Origin: a virus
IMG/VR virus record: IMGVR_UViG_3300017694_000094
Coordinates: 1-58,314 of that record
Direction: 5' to 3' (one strand)
Length of the DNA stretch: 58,314 nucleotides
The position numbers and the translations under genes were made by a program. This document shows positions 29,832-38,679 of this stretch, piece after piece. Numbering within the stretch: position 1 is the stretch's first letter; each line of letters begins with the position of its first letter. Below the pieces are notes generated by a model. The model was not told the DNA's origin. It did not search any database and saw nothing but the letters and a program-made list of their open reading frames with translations.

Positions 29832-30068
29832 TCACCCCTGAAGGCGCGCGGCGATGCTCTTGGCGTGTTCGTTGACGGCGCGCTCCAGTTCGATGCGGCT
29901 ATCGTCGAGGGCGCGGATCTCGTCATCCGAAAGCACCATCGTTTCCGTCGCGACGCGCATGGCCTCCGTCGCTGCCTGGGCGATAATGATCGCCGGGCCG
30001 CCGAACGGCAGAAGCGGGAGCGCCAGCTTGGCGATGTCGACCAGCCCATTGATGAGTTGCGGGTTCAT
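29832..30068 (-). CDS. small protein with N-terminal hydrophobic segment (78 aa)
   Basis: ORF track. LVDIAKLALPLLPFGGPAIIIAQAA. Lies at the end of the lysis cluster. Confidence 0.5.
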   Translation of the reverse strand: MNPQLINGLVDIAKLALPLLPFGGPAIIIAQAATEAMRVATETMVLSDDEIRALDDSRIELERAVNEHAKSIAARLQG

Positions 30069-30077
30069 GGCGGTTCC

Positions 30078-30515
30078 TTACTGGCCTGCCAGCACAAGCT
30101 GGACGTTGGTAATCGCGGTCTGCGCGTCGGAAAGGGCGCGGCTGTACGTCGCCGCCGATCCCGCGCGCTGCGCCGCCGATGCCGCATTGAGCGCTGCCTG
30201 CGTCGCCAGCACAGCGCCGCGGAGGCGGAGTGCGGCAGGACTGCCGGGCTTGATCTGGCCGGAGTCCAAGAATGCGCCGATCACCGTCAGACCCTTGTCG
30301 AACGTGACGAACGCAACGCGAATGGCGCGATCATCGATCGTGGTTCGCGTCAGCGTTGGGGGCGGCGCTTCGCCGATTGCATCCAGCACGGCGGCGGTTG
30401 TTGCAGCTGCGGCCGAGATCGCGCTGGCGCGTTCCGGGGTGGAGCGCGGCAAGGGCGTGACGCAGCCGGCGAGAAGCGATGCGGCGGCAAGGGCGAGGGG
30501 GATGCAACGGCTCAT
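30078..30515 (-). CDS. lipoprotein (possible outer-membrane spanin component)
   Basis: Signal peptide plus lipobox MSRCIPLALAAASLLAGC. 4-nt overlap with the holin-like gene. Confidence 0.6.
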   Translation of the reverse strand: MSRCIPLALAAASLLAGCVTPLPRSTPERASAISAAAATTAAVLDAIGEAPPPTLTRTTIDDRAIRVAFVTFDKGLTVIGAFLDSGQIKPGSPAALRLRGAVLATQAALNAASAAQRAGSAATYSRALSDAQTAITNVQLVLAGQ

Positions 30516-30811
30516 GCGAGAGGCTCCACGGCGGGGGGTGGCGTCGGCTCGGTGACGACGGCGACATGATCTGGCGCGGCGCGAGCGACCGTCACCATCT
30601 TCTGCTTCTGCTGATACGATCGCAGCATGGCGTAGCCGATCGTCGCGACCGCCAGCAGCAGCCCCTCGACGAGTGCCGCATCGCTATCGGCGATGATGCC
30701 GCGCCGGATCAGCCAGCCCGCCAGTAGCGCGCCAGCATAGCGCACGGCGACACCCCCCATTCCCGGCAGCGCGCTCGGGTTGACCACGATAGGTCCGGTA
30801 TTTTCGGTCAT
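30512..30811 (-). CDS. holin-like membrane protein (2 TM)
   Basis: VAVRYAGALLAGWLI and LVEGLLLAVATIGYAML. Lies downstream of the endolysin. Confidence 0.5.
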   Translation of the reverse strand: MTENTGPIVVNPSALPGMGGVAVRYAGALLAGWLIRRGIIADSDAALVEGLLLAVATIGYAMLRSYQQKQKMVTVARAAPDHVAVVTEPTPPPAVEPLA

Positions 30812-31053
30812 GCGGGAACTCCTGCCTTGATGTGCGCCATGAAGCGCTGAAGGTGCAGCACGGCGTCTTCCTCGAAACTGGCGAGCGCGGCGTCGTGCGG
30901 CTCACCGCGCGCGCAAGCCATAGAATGGGACGGCACACCGAGCCAGCGGCACAGCGATTCATGAAGCGGGTCGTGGTCACGGTTCATCTCGACCGCGCTG
31001 GGGTAGCCCATCCACTTCGCCGTTTCGGCTTGATGCGCGTCGAAATCGGTCAC
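30808..31053 (-). CDS. hypothetical protein (81 aa, GTG start)
   Basis: GTGA overlap with the endolysin stop at 31050-31053. The remainder of track ORF 30808..31659 is an off-frame shadow over the endolysin. Confidence 0.45.
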   Translation of the reverse strand: MTDFDAHQAETAKWMGYPSAVEMNRDHDPLHESLCRWLGVPSHSMACARGEPHDAALASFEEDAVLHLQRFMAHIKAGVPA

Positions 31054-31667
31054 GGCAGAATTAGCCCCTTGGCCCTCAGCGTGCGGGCGCGGCGATCCTC
31101 GATACCGTTCGTGCCGCCGTTGATAAGCCGTGCGATACCGTCGAGGTCGTCGCCGTCCGCCAGCGCGTTCAATCCCTTGTCGGTCCAATACTTGGACGCA
31201 ACGAGAATTCCGACCGCTGGCATCGCCACCATTGCCGGGTTCGCCTCGAAGTCGAGGCCGAGCGCTTCGCCGTAGATACGGTAATTCGCGCGACCGGTTA
31301 GCTGGATCGGGCCTCGGCCGTGATACAGGTTTCCGTCGCCGATGGTGACGTTGCCGAGACGCGCGGCGACATTCGGGCGGTCGCCGGCCGGATCGTACAT
31401 GCGCGTGAAATACGCGACGTTGCCGATCTCTTCCATGTGCAGGAACCCGGCGCTTTCGTGCGAGGTCTGCCCCATGAAGTGGGCGAGCCGGAGCGGAGCG
31501 TCCATAACGCCATAGGCCCGCAAGTGGACATTCGCGCCAAGCGCCAAATCGCGCGCCCGCTGCGGCCCCGCCCCCATCTTCGCGAACAGCGCAGCCAGCG
31601 TTGCGCGGCCGGGCGCGTTGTCCTGCTTGACGCCAAGCCGCGCCTGCATCGGCTTCCAATCGATCAT
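31050..31667 (-). CDS. glycoside hydrolase family 19 (chitinase-like) endolysin
   Basis: HFMGQTSHESAGF...GDGNLYHGRGPIQLTGRANY...INGGTNGIEDR are GH19 hallmarks. ATGA-coupled start MIDWKPM at 31667. Confidence 0.8.
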   Translation of the reverse strand: MIDWKPMQARLGVKQDNAPGRATLAALFAKMGAGPQRARDLALGANVHLRAYGVMDAPLRLAHFMGQTSHESAGFLHMEEIGNVAYFTRMYDPAGDRPNVAARLGNVTIGDGNLYHGRGPIQLTGRANYRIYGEALGLDFEANPAMVAMPAVGILVASKYWTDKGLNALADGDDLDGIARLINGGTNGIEDRRARTLRAKGLILP

Positions 31668-32221
31668 CCCGCCTTCCCCTCTTCTGGTTCGACGCACAGC
31701 TTCGCCATGATGTCAGCCATCGGCGCGATCTCTTCCGCGTTCGGCATCTGGTCTGCCTGCATGTTGATGAGCGCCCGCGCCGACCGGGCGATCGTGTTGC
31801 CCGGCGAGATGCGCTCGATCTCGTCGAGTAGCATCGTGATGACGAACGCCTGCTGTCCTAGTCGAATGGTCTGCCCCGCAATCTGGGTTTCGGCCATCGT
31901 CAAGCGACGCGACTGATCTTCTTTTGCCTGCTTCAGCTTCTCGATGTCTTTCCACATCTCCGACCGAAGCTGCGCCTCACCGGTACGATCCGCCGTTTCC
32001 GCTGCCAGCCGAGCCGCCGCCGACGCCGCTTCGGCGGCGGCCTTCGCTGCCAAACGCTCGGGGGCGTTCTTCAGCCAGATCCTCCAGGCACCGATCATCC
32101 CGCTGGCAATCAGGATCACCAGCACCCAAATGCCATGTTCGATCGATTGGCCGTTTGCGGTTTTCATACCGACCTTAGCGACCGCTGCCGCGGTGGCCGC
32201 CAGTGCTGCAAGTGCGACCAT
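31664..32221 (-). CDS. N-terminally membrane-anchored coiled-coil protein (i-spanin-like or holin-associated)
   Basis: TM segment IWVLVILIASGMIGAW followed by a long helical region. Lies immediately upstream of the endolysin. Confidence 0.5.
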   Translation of the reverse strand: MVALAALAATAAAVAKVGMKTANGQSIEHGIWVLVILIASGMIGAWRIWLKNAPERLAAKAAAEAASAAARLAAETADRTGEAQLRSEMWKDIEKLKQAKEDQSRRLTMAETQIAGQTIRLGQQAFVITMLLDEIERISPGNTIARSARALINMQADQMPNAEEIAPMADIMAKLCVEPEEGKAG

Positions 32222-32222
32222 C

Positions 32223-32684
32223 CTACGTTCTTTCCACTGTCGCGGTGACCAAGTTGGTTTGCGCGGTCTGTTGCGGGTTGCCGCTATCCGTCACAGTACA
32301 AAGAAAGCGGCCCGTTCGGCTGCTGCCCGAATTGAGCAAGCCTGCGGTCGCGAACGATGTGGTCGCAGACGACGGACTGTTGATTTGGAAGCTACCGCCG
32401 TCGAACTGCGTCCATGCGTATGTGTATGGCGGAGTTCCCCCGCTTGGCGTCGCCGTTGCCGGCTGCGTGCTGCCAGCAGCATTGTTCGTGGTTCCGTTCA
32501 CTTCCCGCTGCGTCGCAGCCGTTAGCGTGGTCGTGGCGGAGCGACCGCTGAAATCAGCGAAGGATAGCGGCCCCGACGCGGGCGCGCCGCCCTTGCCGTA
32601 GAACCCGGCAGGAAACGGCGTGGAGCGCGCGAGCGAGAACTCGTCCGCGATCTGGTACAGGCTGGGGTTCGTGCCGAGCGTCAC
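32223..32684 (-). CDS. tail-fibre-associated protein with Ig-like (PKD/HYR-type) segment
   Basis: GGTPPYTYAWTQFDG motif. 4-nt overlap with the tail-fibre gene. Confidence 0.5.
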   Translation of the reverse strand: MTLGTNPSLYQIADEFSLARSTPFPAGFYGKGGAPASGPLSFADFSGRSATTTLTAATQREVNGTTNNAAGSTQPATATPSGGTPPYTYAWTQFDGGSFQINSPSSATTSFATAGLLNSGSSRTGRFLCTVTDSGNPQQTAQTNLVTATVERT

Positions 32685-34153
32685 GGCGCGGTTGCGCCGA
32701 TGACGTTGCCCGCGACGCGCAGCGTGCCGCCGCTGTCGATCGATGCGACCAGCGTGCCGCCAATCACGAACCCGAACTTATTGGTGGTGCGATCGTACTG
32801 GATGTAATCGTTGGTATCGAAGACGTGGATTGGCACCGCGCCTGCCATATCGAGGTAGTGGTTGGCGTCGCGTCGGATAGCGCCGGTGAACGTAGCGCCC
32901 GCAAGCGGCGCATACAGCGCTGGATTGAGATTTCCCGAATGATAGACATTGTTGCCGCCCTGCTGAAGCGCGCCAGTGAAGTTGGCACCCGACAACAAAG
33001 CGTAACCCGAACCGCCGCCGGTCACCGCCGCTTGGACAAAGGCGGTAGTAGCGATTTGGGTATTGTTCGTGCCCGCTCCCGCGGTCGGCGCGGTTGGTGC
33101 GCCAGACAATGCTGGCGACGCCAATGGTGCATACACTGCGGGGTTAAGGTTGCCGGCGTGCCAGACCGAGAAGCCGCCGATAGTCATCGATGCGGCGGCG
33201 ACTGCACCAGAAGCATTAAAATTGACTGAGGCCACGGTGCCCGCGGAACTAAAGTTAGCCGCCGACACGTTTCCGGAAAAAACCGCCCCTGTGAGCGGCG
33301 CATACAGGCCGGGATTTAGGTTGCCAGAATGCCAGACCGGGAACTGGCTTCCTCCTATAAGGACATTGGTAGAGGCACGAAGCGTGCCGCCTACGCTGAC
33401 ATCATTAGTGAAAGATGCTCCGGATAGCGGGGCATAGTTGGCGGGGGCAAAATTGCCCTGATGCCAAACCGGGAACCCGCCAACCGTGATCTGAGTGCCA
33501 GCAGCGATTGTCGTGCCCGCATTGAGCGAACCCGGCACTGCTGTACCTGCTCGGGTGACGACTAAAGCATCAGCGGCAAACTGATTCTCTCGGACCCTCC
33601 AAGCGTCCAAGCCGGGTGCAATGCCCGTGGAATAGTTCCCGACAGAGTTGCCGTAGGTAATGTATGCGGCGTTAGCGCCGCCGCTAACAAGCGCAGAGTT
33701 GGTAACAATGCTTGGCGCGGTTACTGCGCCAGTAAAGGTCGGGCTGTTTACTGGTGCATAACTGCTCGGGACAAAATTGCCGCCGTGCCACACCTGATTT
33801 CCCGCCTGCGTCAGCGCGCCCGTGACGTTCAGCGTGCCCGTTAACGCCCCAGCGCCACCCGACGACAGGCGGAACAGCGTCGCGTTATCGGCTGCGTTGC
33901 GAACGATCAGGGCATCATCGCCGGTGTAGAGGAACGTGGTGTCGCCCCCGTCGCCGCCGAGCGCCGCCGTGTTGCCGACGCGCAGCTTCTTCCCCGCCGC
34001 CATGATCGGATCGCCGGACAGGAGCGCGTTGCCGTTGATGTCGGCGCGGACGAGGCGCACACCTTGGATGCGCCGCGCGGTGCCGCCGCGGGATACGACG
34101 AACTGGTCAGCGTCGAGGACGACGCCACCGTCTGGCAGATTGCCGATGTCCAT
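32681..34153 (-). CDS. tail fibre protein with at least 5 copies of a VWH-GN-P-YAP repeat
   Basis: Repeats such as GNQVWHGGNFVPSSYAPVNSPTFTG, FPVWHQGNFAPANYAPLSGASF, FPVWHSGNLNPGLYAPLTGAVF, FSVWHAGNLNPAVYAPL and NNVYHSGNLNPALYAPLAGATF. Confidence 0.75.
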   Translation of the reverse strand: MDIGNLPDGGVVLDADQFVVSRGGTARRIQGVRLVRADINGNALLSGDPIMAAGKKLRVGNTAALGGDGGDTTFLYTGDDALIVRNAADNATLFRLSSGGAGALTGTLNVTGALTQAGNQVWHGGNFVPSSYAPVNSPTFTGAVTAPSIVTNSALVSGGANAAYITYGNSVGNYSTGIAPGLDAWRVRENQFAADALVVTRAGTAVPGSLNAGTTIAAGTQITVGGFPVWHQGNFAPANYAPLSGASFTNDVSVGGTLRASTNVLIGGSQFPVWHSGNLNPGLYAPLTGAVFSGNVSAANFSSAGTVASVNFNASGAVAAASMTIGGFSVWHAGNLNPAVYAPLASPALSGAPTAPTAGAGTNNTQIATTAFVQAAVTGGGSGYALLSGANFTGALQQGGNNVYHSGNLNPALYAPLAGATFTGAIRRDANHYLDMAGAVPIHVFDTNDYIQYDRTTNKFGFVIGGTLVASIDSGGTLRVAGNVIGATAP

Positions 34154-34163
34154 CGTCTTCCCC

Positions 34164-36326
34164 TTAGCGCCTCAGCCCGCGGGCTGAGATGTGATACGTG
34201 ACAGCCGTCAGAACGTGCGATTCCTCTATGGCAGAAGCGCCCGCAATTTTCAGCGAAAAGTTCCGCGCCGAGATGCCGAAATATGCCTCCGCGACCGTTT
34301 CGATCTGCGAGGCGTAATAGAGTTCGTTCGACCCCAGCCCATCGATCGCGCCGCTGCCCGGCGTCACCACCAGCTGCTGCGGTTCCTCGCCCGGCTGCGC
34401 ACCGAGTTCGATGTCGATCGACACGTTGAGCGTGACCTTGCTGGTCGCCTCCATGTCCATCGTGACCTTGTGCGCGCGCTTCAGCACCTGCGGAGAGCCG
34501 AAGTTGTTGAATGGCAGGCGCAGGTAATGCTCGATCACGCGCCCGTCGAAGCTGACGCCGCGGTCCATCTCGTACACGAAGCCGTCGTCCGCGCCGATGA
34601 AGATCCGCTCCGCGCCGTTGTCCTCGACCGATGCCGCGCAGGTCACCACGACGCCCAGGTTGACCGGCAACGCCTCCACCTGCTTCTTGCCGAACAGGAA
34701 CACCAGCGCGGTGCCGTTGCGGAAGAACAGCCAGTATTGGCTCTTCGAGCGAACGATCAGGCTGGCGGTCGGGTCGACGCCATCGCGTCGCAGATCCGCC
34801 AGCAGCGGCTCGATAAAGCCGGACAGCGTGCCCGTCTTGAAATTGCCGTAGGCGGACGTAGCGGTCAGGTCGCGCAGGCCGCGGTTGTCGAGGTAGACCG
34901 GCTGGCCGATGCGCTGCGCAGTCCACGGCAGCGCGCCGGCCTCGTCGCTCAACTCGCGCAATTCGTAGGTCGCGGCGTCGGTGCCGTAGAGCATGTGGAC
35001 GCTTGACGCCCCGAGGATGCCGAGCGCATCGGGCACGGACAGGAAGTCGGTGATCTCGTCGCCGATGCCGATCTCGCCCGCGCCCACGACCGCGTTGAAC
35101 TGGCGCGGCTCGCCCACTTCGCTGAATTGCACCGACCCGCCGGGGAACGCGAGGAACAGCGAACCCTTATGCTCGGCGATGCGCGTGGGAGTGTCGATCG
35201 CCATGCCGGTTGAGATCTCAATGATCGACGTTCCATCGAACTCGAACGCCTTGCCGACTCCGTTGACGCCGTACACCCGGCGCTTGTTCGATGCGCCGTA
35301 GAAGTTCTCGGTGATGAACGAATAGCGCCCGCCGGGCGGGAAGGCGTTCGTCAGCGCGTCGCCGCTCGCGGTGAATGCGGTTGTCGCGCCGACCTTGACC
35401 GGCTGCCCGGCCACGAACGTACCCACCTTGTTGACCACGTAGGCGCGACCGGCGGCGGTGCCTGCGGTGAAGGTGCCGCTATCGACGATGATGCGGCGCA
35501 CCTCCGCGGACGCCCCGCCCGCTTGGGTGATCGTCACGCCTTCGCCCGGTTGGAACGACCCGGCGGTGAACGACAGCACCAACTCGGACGCCGCCTCGAT
35601 CCAGCCGTCGCCGAGAACGACCAGCACAATAGGGTCGCCGCCGATCGTGATCGTCTCGCCGCCAATCTCCAGATTGCCGACCTGCTCGTCGTCATCCAGC
35701 ACCGAGTAATACGGGATGCCGGCCGTACCCGCGACGTTATCGCGGACTGCATACGCCTTGTTCTCGCTGAACCAGATCCCGCGCACCGGTCCCGCACCGG
35801 GTACGGGCAGGATCACGGAGCGCAACCGGTTCGCCGCCTCTGCCTTCAGCATGTCGCCGTCATACGGGCCATAGCTGGTCGGCGCGGTGTTGACCGGCCC
35901 GGCCTGCACAGCGGCGGCGGTAGGCGTCAGGATCGGCTTCGCATCGGCGAACAACCCGGTTGCAGGGACCACGAACAGCCAGCCCGTGGCGTCGCCTGCG
36001 GCATAGCTGCCGGATTCGAGGAAGGGCGGCGCGACGAGGAAGCCGCTGGCGGATGGTAGCGGCCCGCCACTGTCCTGCGTGATGCGGTCACCGGTCACCA
36101 GCGCGCCGAGCGCCGCCGTGCCCTGAATGAAATAGATCGCGGCCACCGTCGCCGTGCTGGGCGCGGTCTGGCCGTCAAAGCGCTCGTACCCGCTGATCCG
36201 CTTGTAGCCGGACATGACCGGCTCATAATTGAGCGCCGCCACCACCCGGCCGGGGATCAGCCCGAGCGCGGGGGTGATGAGGTCGAGGCCGCCGCTGAGC
36301 GGGAACGATACCGGCTGCTGGGTCAC
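34164..36326 (-). CDS. large tail protein (720 aa; nozzle / tubular-B-like by position)
   Basis: GTG 36326 forms a GTGA overlap with the upstream stop. Called from size and its position between the adaptor-like gene and the fibre. I recognised no motif. Confidence 0.55.
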   Translation of the reverse strand: MTQQPVSFPLSGGLDLITPALGLIPGRVVAALNYEPVMSGYKRISGYERFDGQTAPSTATVAAIYFIQGTAALGALVTGDRITQDSGGPLPSASGFLVAPPFLESGSYAAGDATGWLFVVPATGLFADAKPILTPTAAAVQAGPVNTAPTSYGPYDGDMLKAEAANRLRSVILPVPGAGPVRGIWFSENKAYAVRDNVAGTAGIPYYSVLDDDEQVGNLEIGGETITIGGDPIVLVVLGDGWIEAASELVLSFTAGSFQPGEGVTITQAGGASAEVRRIIVDSGTFTAGTAAGRAYVVNKVGTFVAGQPVKVGATTAFTASGDALTNAFPPGGRYSFITENFYGASNKRRVYGVNGVGKAFEFDGTSIIEISTGMAIDTPTRIAEHKGSLFLAFPGGSVQFSEVGEPRQFNAVVGAGEIGIGDEITDFLSVPDALGILGASSVHMLYGTDAATYELRELSDEAGALPWTAQRIGQPVYLDNRGLRDLTATSAYGNFKTGTLSGFIEPLLADLRRDGVDPTASLIVRSKSQYWLFFRNGTALVFLFGKKQVEALPVNLGVVVTCAASVEDNGAERIFIGADDGFVYEMDRGVSFDGRVIEHYLRLPFNNFGSPQVLKRAHKVTMDMEATSKVTLNVSIDIELGAQPGEEPQQLVVTPGSGAIDGLGSNELYYASQIETVAEAYFGISARNFSLKIAGASAIEESHVLTAVTYHISARGLRR

Positions 36327-37030
36327 CGACGATCCATCGGCGGCGAACCGGCGGCGGTGATGTCGGGCAACAGGTCGCGCGCCATGTCGCGGTAGTTGTT
36401 GCTGAACTCCATCTGCGCCGTCTGGAGCGACTGCGGCGCTTCGTCGCTCTCCGCCATCAGCATGATCGCGCGCTGCCAGATCGCGTCGTGGAAACGCGCG
36501 GGCATCTCGGGAACGTCGGTGTCCGCGGCGAGTACCTGGGGTGTCTTGCGGTACTCGCCGCGAACCTTGTACGCCTTGTCGGGCGTTTGCCCGATCTTCA
36601 GCAGATTGTCGTACCCGATCGCCCAATAGGTCGGCCGGATCGCATCATGCACCCCGAAGTCGAACGATTGCCGCCACTGCACATAGTCAAGCTGGCGGAG
36701 CCACTGTTCGTCCTTCCGTCCGATCGCCGGGTTGTAGAGCGACAGCGCGGGTGCGCGTGGCGTCTCTTGCACCCATTCGGCAAAGCGCGGTGCAATGCCG
36801 AAGTCGAGCGGGGAATAGCTGTTCTTGCCGGCGACGAGATCGCCCTCGAACTCTGCGCGCAGGAAGCGCCAATCGGGATTGGCGTTCTGGATCTTGATCC
36901 ACGCGCCACGCACCCACCCGACGCACTGCGCCTGACGGCGGGGCAGTGCCCCTACCGTCGTCGTGGGAGCCGGGCCGATCGCGCCGCTTTCGCGGGCGAG
37001 GTCGGCACAGAGTTCGAGGAACGTCGCCAT
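36323..37030 (-). CDS. tail adaptor / tubular-A-like protein (by position)
   Basis: 235 aa. The MATFLELCADLARESG N-terminus resembles adaptor proteins of BPP-1/epsilon15-like podoviruses as I recall. Weak call. Confidence 0.5.
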   Translation of the reverse strand: MATFLELCADLARESGAIGPAPTTTVGALPRRQAQCVGWVRGAWIKIQNANPDWRFLRAEFEGDLVAGKNSYSPLDFGIAPRFAEWVQETPRAPALSLYNPAIGRKDEQWLRQLDYVQWRQSFDFGVHDAIRPTYWAIGYDNLLKIGQTPDKAYKVRGEYRKTPQVLAADTDVPEMPARFHDAIWQRAIMLMAESDEAPQSLQTAQMEFSNNYRDMARDLLPDITAAGSPPMDRR

Positions 37031-37031
37031 G

Positions 37032-37595
37032 TTAGGCAGGCATCCAAACGTCGTCGACCTTCGCGCGCCATGCGATCACGTCGGCCTTGTCGGGCCACTC
37101 ATGAACGCTGACGGGGTAGTTCTTCAGCGACGTTTCGATGCGCTCGTTCGAGCCTTCGACCTGACTGACCTCGGCCGCGACCGCGTTCTCCAGCGCATAG
37201 TAATAGCGCATCGGCAGGTCGACCGACTTGTCGCGCTGGATGACCACGACGCGCCCGTTGACGCCCACGGGCACCGGATGCTTGCCGCCCGGCATCGACG
37301 TGCTGGAGACGGTCACGCGGATCGTCGGGTCGTTGTCGCCGATGCCACCTTCGAGACGCTGCTGAGCGGGCGCGCTGATCGCGTCCGCCTGGGCCATCAT
37401 GGCGGCGTTGATGTCTTCCGGCAGATCCGGCACCAGAATCCACGGGTTATCGGTGAAGCTGCTGTGCAGCGCGAGAAGCGTGGCGCGGTTCGCGCCCTTC
37501 TCTACCTCGATCCCGTTGAGTTCGAGGAACTCGGCGATCTGCTCGTCGGTGGCGTCATCGGTAGCGAGACGCTTCATCTTGAATTGCATTGACAC
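37032..37595 (-). CDS. structural-module hypothetical protein (187 aa)
   Basis: ORF track. The stop is 1 nt from the next start. Confidence 0.6.
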   Translation of the reverse strand: MSMQFKMKRLATDDATDEQIAEFLELNGIEVEKGANRATLLALHSSFTDNPWILVPDLPEDINAAMMAQADAISAPAQQRLEGGIGDNDPTIRVTVSSTSMPGGKHPVPVGVNGRVVVIQRDKSVDLPMRYYYALENAVAAEVSQVEGSNERIETSLKNYPVSVHEWPDKADVIAWRAKVDDVWMPA

Positions 37596-37602
37596 ACCCC
37601 AT

Positions 37603-37636
37603 CAGAAAAGGGGCGGAGCCGTGAGGCCCCGCCCGG
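37603..37636 (-). terminator. rho-independent terminator
   Basis: Minus strand reads GGGCGGGGCC-TCAC-GGCTCCGCCC followed by CTTTTCT, directly after the stop at 37641. Confidence 0.6.
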
Positions 37637-37640
37637 TTGG

Positions 37641-38222
37641 TCACTCGCTCTTGGCCTTGCGGGCCTCCAGCTTATCGATCAGCGTCGACCGCGGGTTCTC
37701 CCGCGCCTTCTCCGCTTCGATCAGCGCATCGATCTGCGAAGCCTCGAACGAGGCCACGTCGATCTGATTCATCGGCTTGTCCAGCGCGCCCGCGGCGTCG
37801 AAGGACTGATCGCCGGACTCCTGCGAGGAATCCTGCTGGTCACCATCCGACGAACCGGCCGGCTTGCCGCCGATTTCATGGTCGCCGCCGACCGCGCCGG
37901 TCACGGCGTTGCCGCCCTCGCCCTGCGCCAGCGGGTTCGGCTCGCTCGACGTGCTGGCCGGCGTCGCCGGTGCCTGAACGTGCGATGCCTCGGTGCCGGC
38001 CTTCATGGCTTCGTCGACCGTCGAGGTCGCATCGGCCGCGTCGTCCGTCTCGTCTTCATGCTCCACCAGCTTGCCGACGCCCAAGTCGCCGTTCTGGAGA
38101 ACTTCCAGTTCGGAGTCCGTCACGTTGGTGCGGGTGTTGTGCTTGATCGTGCGCGTGTCGCCGTTGACGCCGATGGTGGTCTTCCCGTGCGTCTCGGGCG
38201 AAGTGATCGTGATGTCGGGCAT
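37641..38222 (-). CDS. acidic structural-module protein (193 aa, start MPDITITS)
   Basis: ATG 38222 lies behind CAGGAGGCGG. The upstream part of the track ORF is discarded. Confidence 0.55.
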   Translation of the reverse strand: MPDITITSPETHGKTTIGVNGDTRTIKHNTRTNVTDSELEVLQNGDLGVGKLVEHEDETDDAADATSTVDEAMKAGTEASHVQAPATPASTSSEPNPLAQGEGGNAVTGAVGGDHEIGGKPAGSSDGDQQDSSQESGDQSFDAAGALDKPMNQIDVASFEASQIDALIEAEKARENPRSTLIDKLEARKAKSE

Positions 38223-38311
38223 GGCTTCCGCCTCCTGTGGTTTGGTTCGTTGCGGGAATGGCCCGGCCGCCCGAAGACAACCGGGCCACCCCGTCACCCC
38301 CCGAGCGCCGC

Positions 38312-38635
38312 TTACGCGCCCGAGCTTGTGCGGATCGCGAGATAGCCCAGCTGCTTGCCGGACACGCTCAGACCCGAACCGATAGTGAAGCCGCGCGGCT
38401 GGGTATTGCTACCCAGATACGTGGCGATGCCGTTCGGTGCGGCGGCCGGTGCCAGCGTGGCGGCGGCGTCGCGCGTCGACGTGCCCTCCGTCTGACCCTC
38501 GAACCATTCGGCGACCACGTTGCCGTCCGTGATGTTCACCAGTCGCACGTAATCGGGCACGAAGCCCAGCGAGACGTTCAGGTTGGCACCAGTGCCAGTG
38601 ACGATCCCGATCTTGGTCGAATTGTCCATTTTCAA
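38312..38635 (-). CDS. small beta-rich protein after capsid gene (decoration-protein candidate)
   Basis: ORF track, 107 aa. Call rests on position only. Confidence 0.5.
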   Translation of the reverse strand: MKMDNSTKIGIVTGTGANLNVSLGFVPDYVRLVNITDGNVVAEWFEGQTEGTSTRDAAATLAPAAAPNGIATYLGSNTQPRGFTIGSGLSVSGKQLGYLAIRTSSGA

Positions 38636-38645
38636 TCCCCTTACT

Positions 38646-38671
38646 GCGGCGGGGCTATGTCACCCCGCCGC
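38646..38671 (-). terminator. hairpin after major capsid gene (partial terminator candidate)
   Basis: Perfect 9-bp stem GCGGCGGGG / CCCCGCCGC with an 8-nt loop. There is no clear U-tract. Confidence 0.45.
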
Positions 38672-38679
38672 CGGCTTCA

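Noticed and set aside
31054-31659. Upstream 200 codons of track ORF 30808..31659
   Set aside because: This is an off-frame read of the GH19 endolysin gene. Only the last 81 codons (GTG 31053) are outside it and plausibly coding.
32681-34153. Diversity-generating retroelement (TR/VR) in the tail fibre
   Set aside because: The repeats are diverged protein modules, not a near-identical template/variable pair, and there is no reverse transcriptase ORF in the genome.
33907-34926. 339-aa minus-strand ORF spanning the tail-fibre/tail-protein junction in another frame
   Set aside because: Arg/Pro/Gly-rich, and it crosses a gene boundary defined by better ORFs with a stop and RBS.
36327-36626. N-terminal 100 codons of track ORF 34164..36626
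   Set aside because: Arg-rich extension that overlaps the 3' end of 36323..37030. GTG 36326 gives the usual GTGA coupling.
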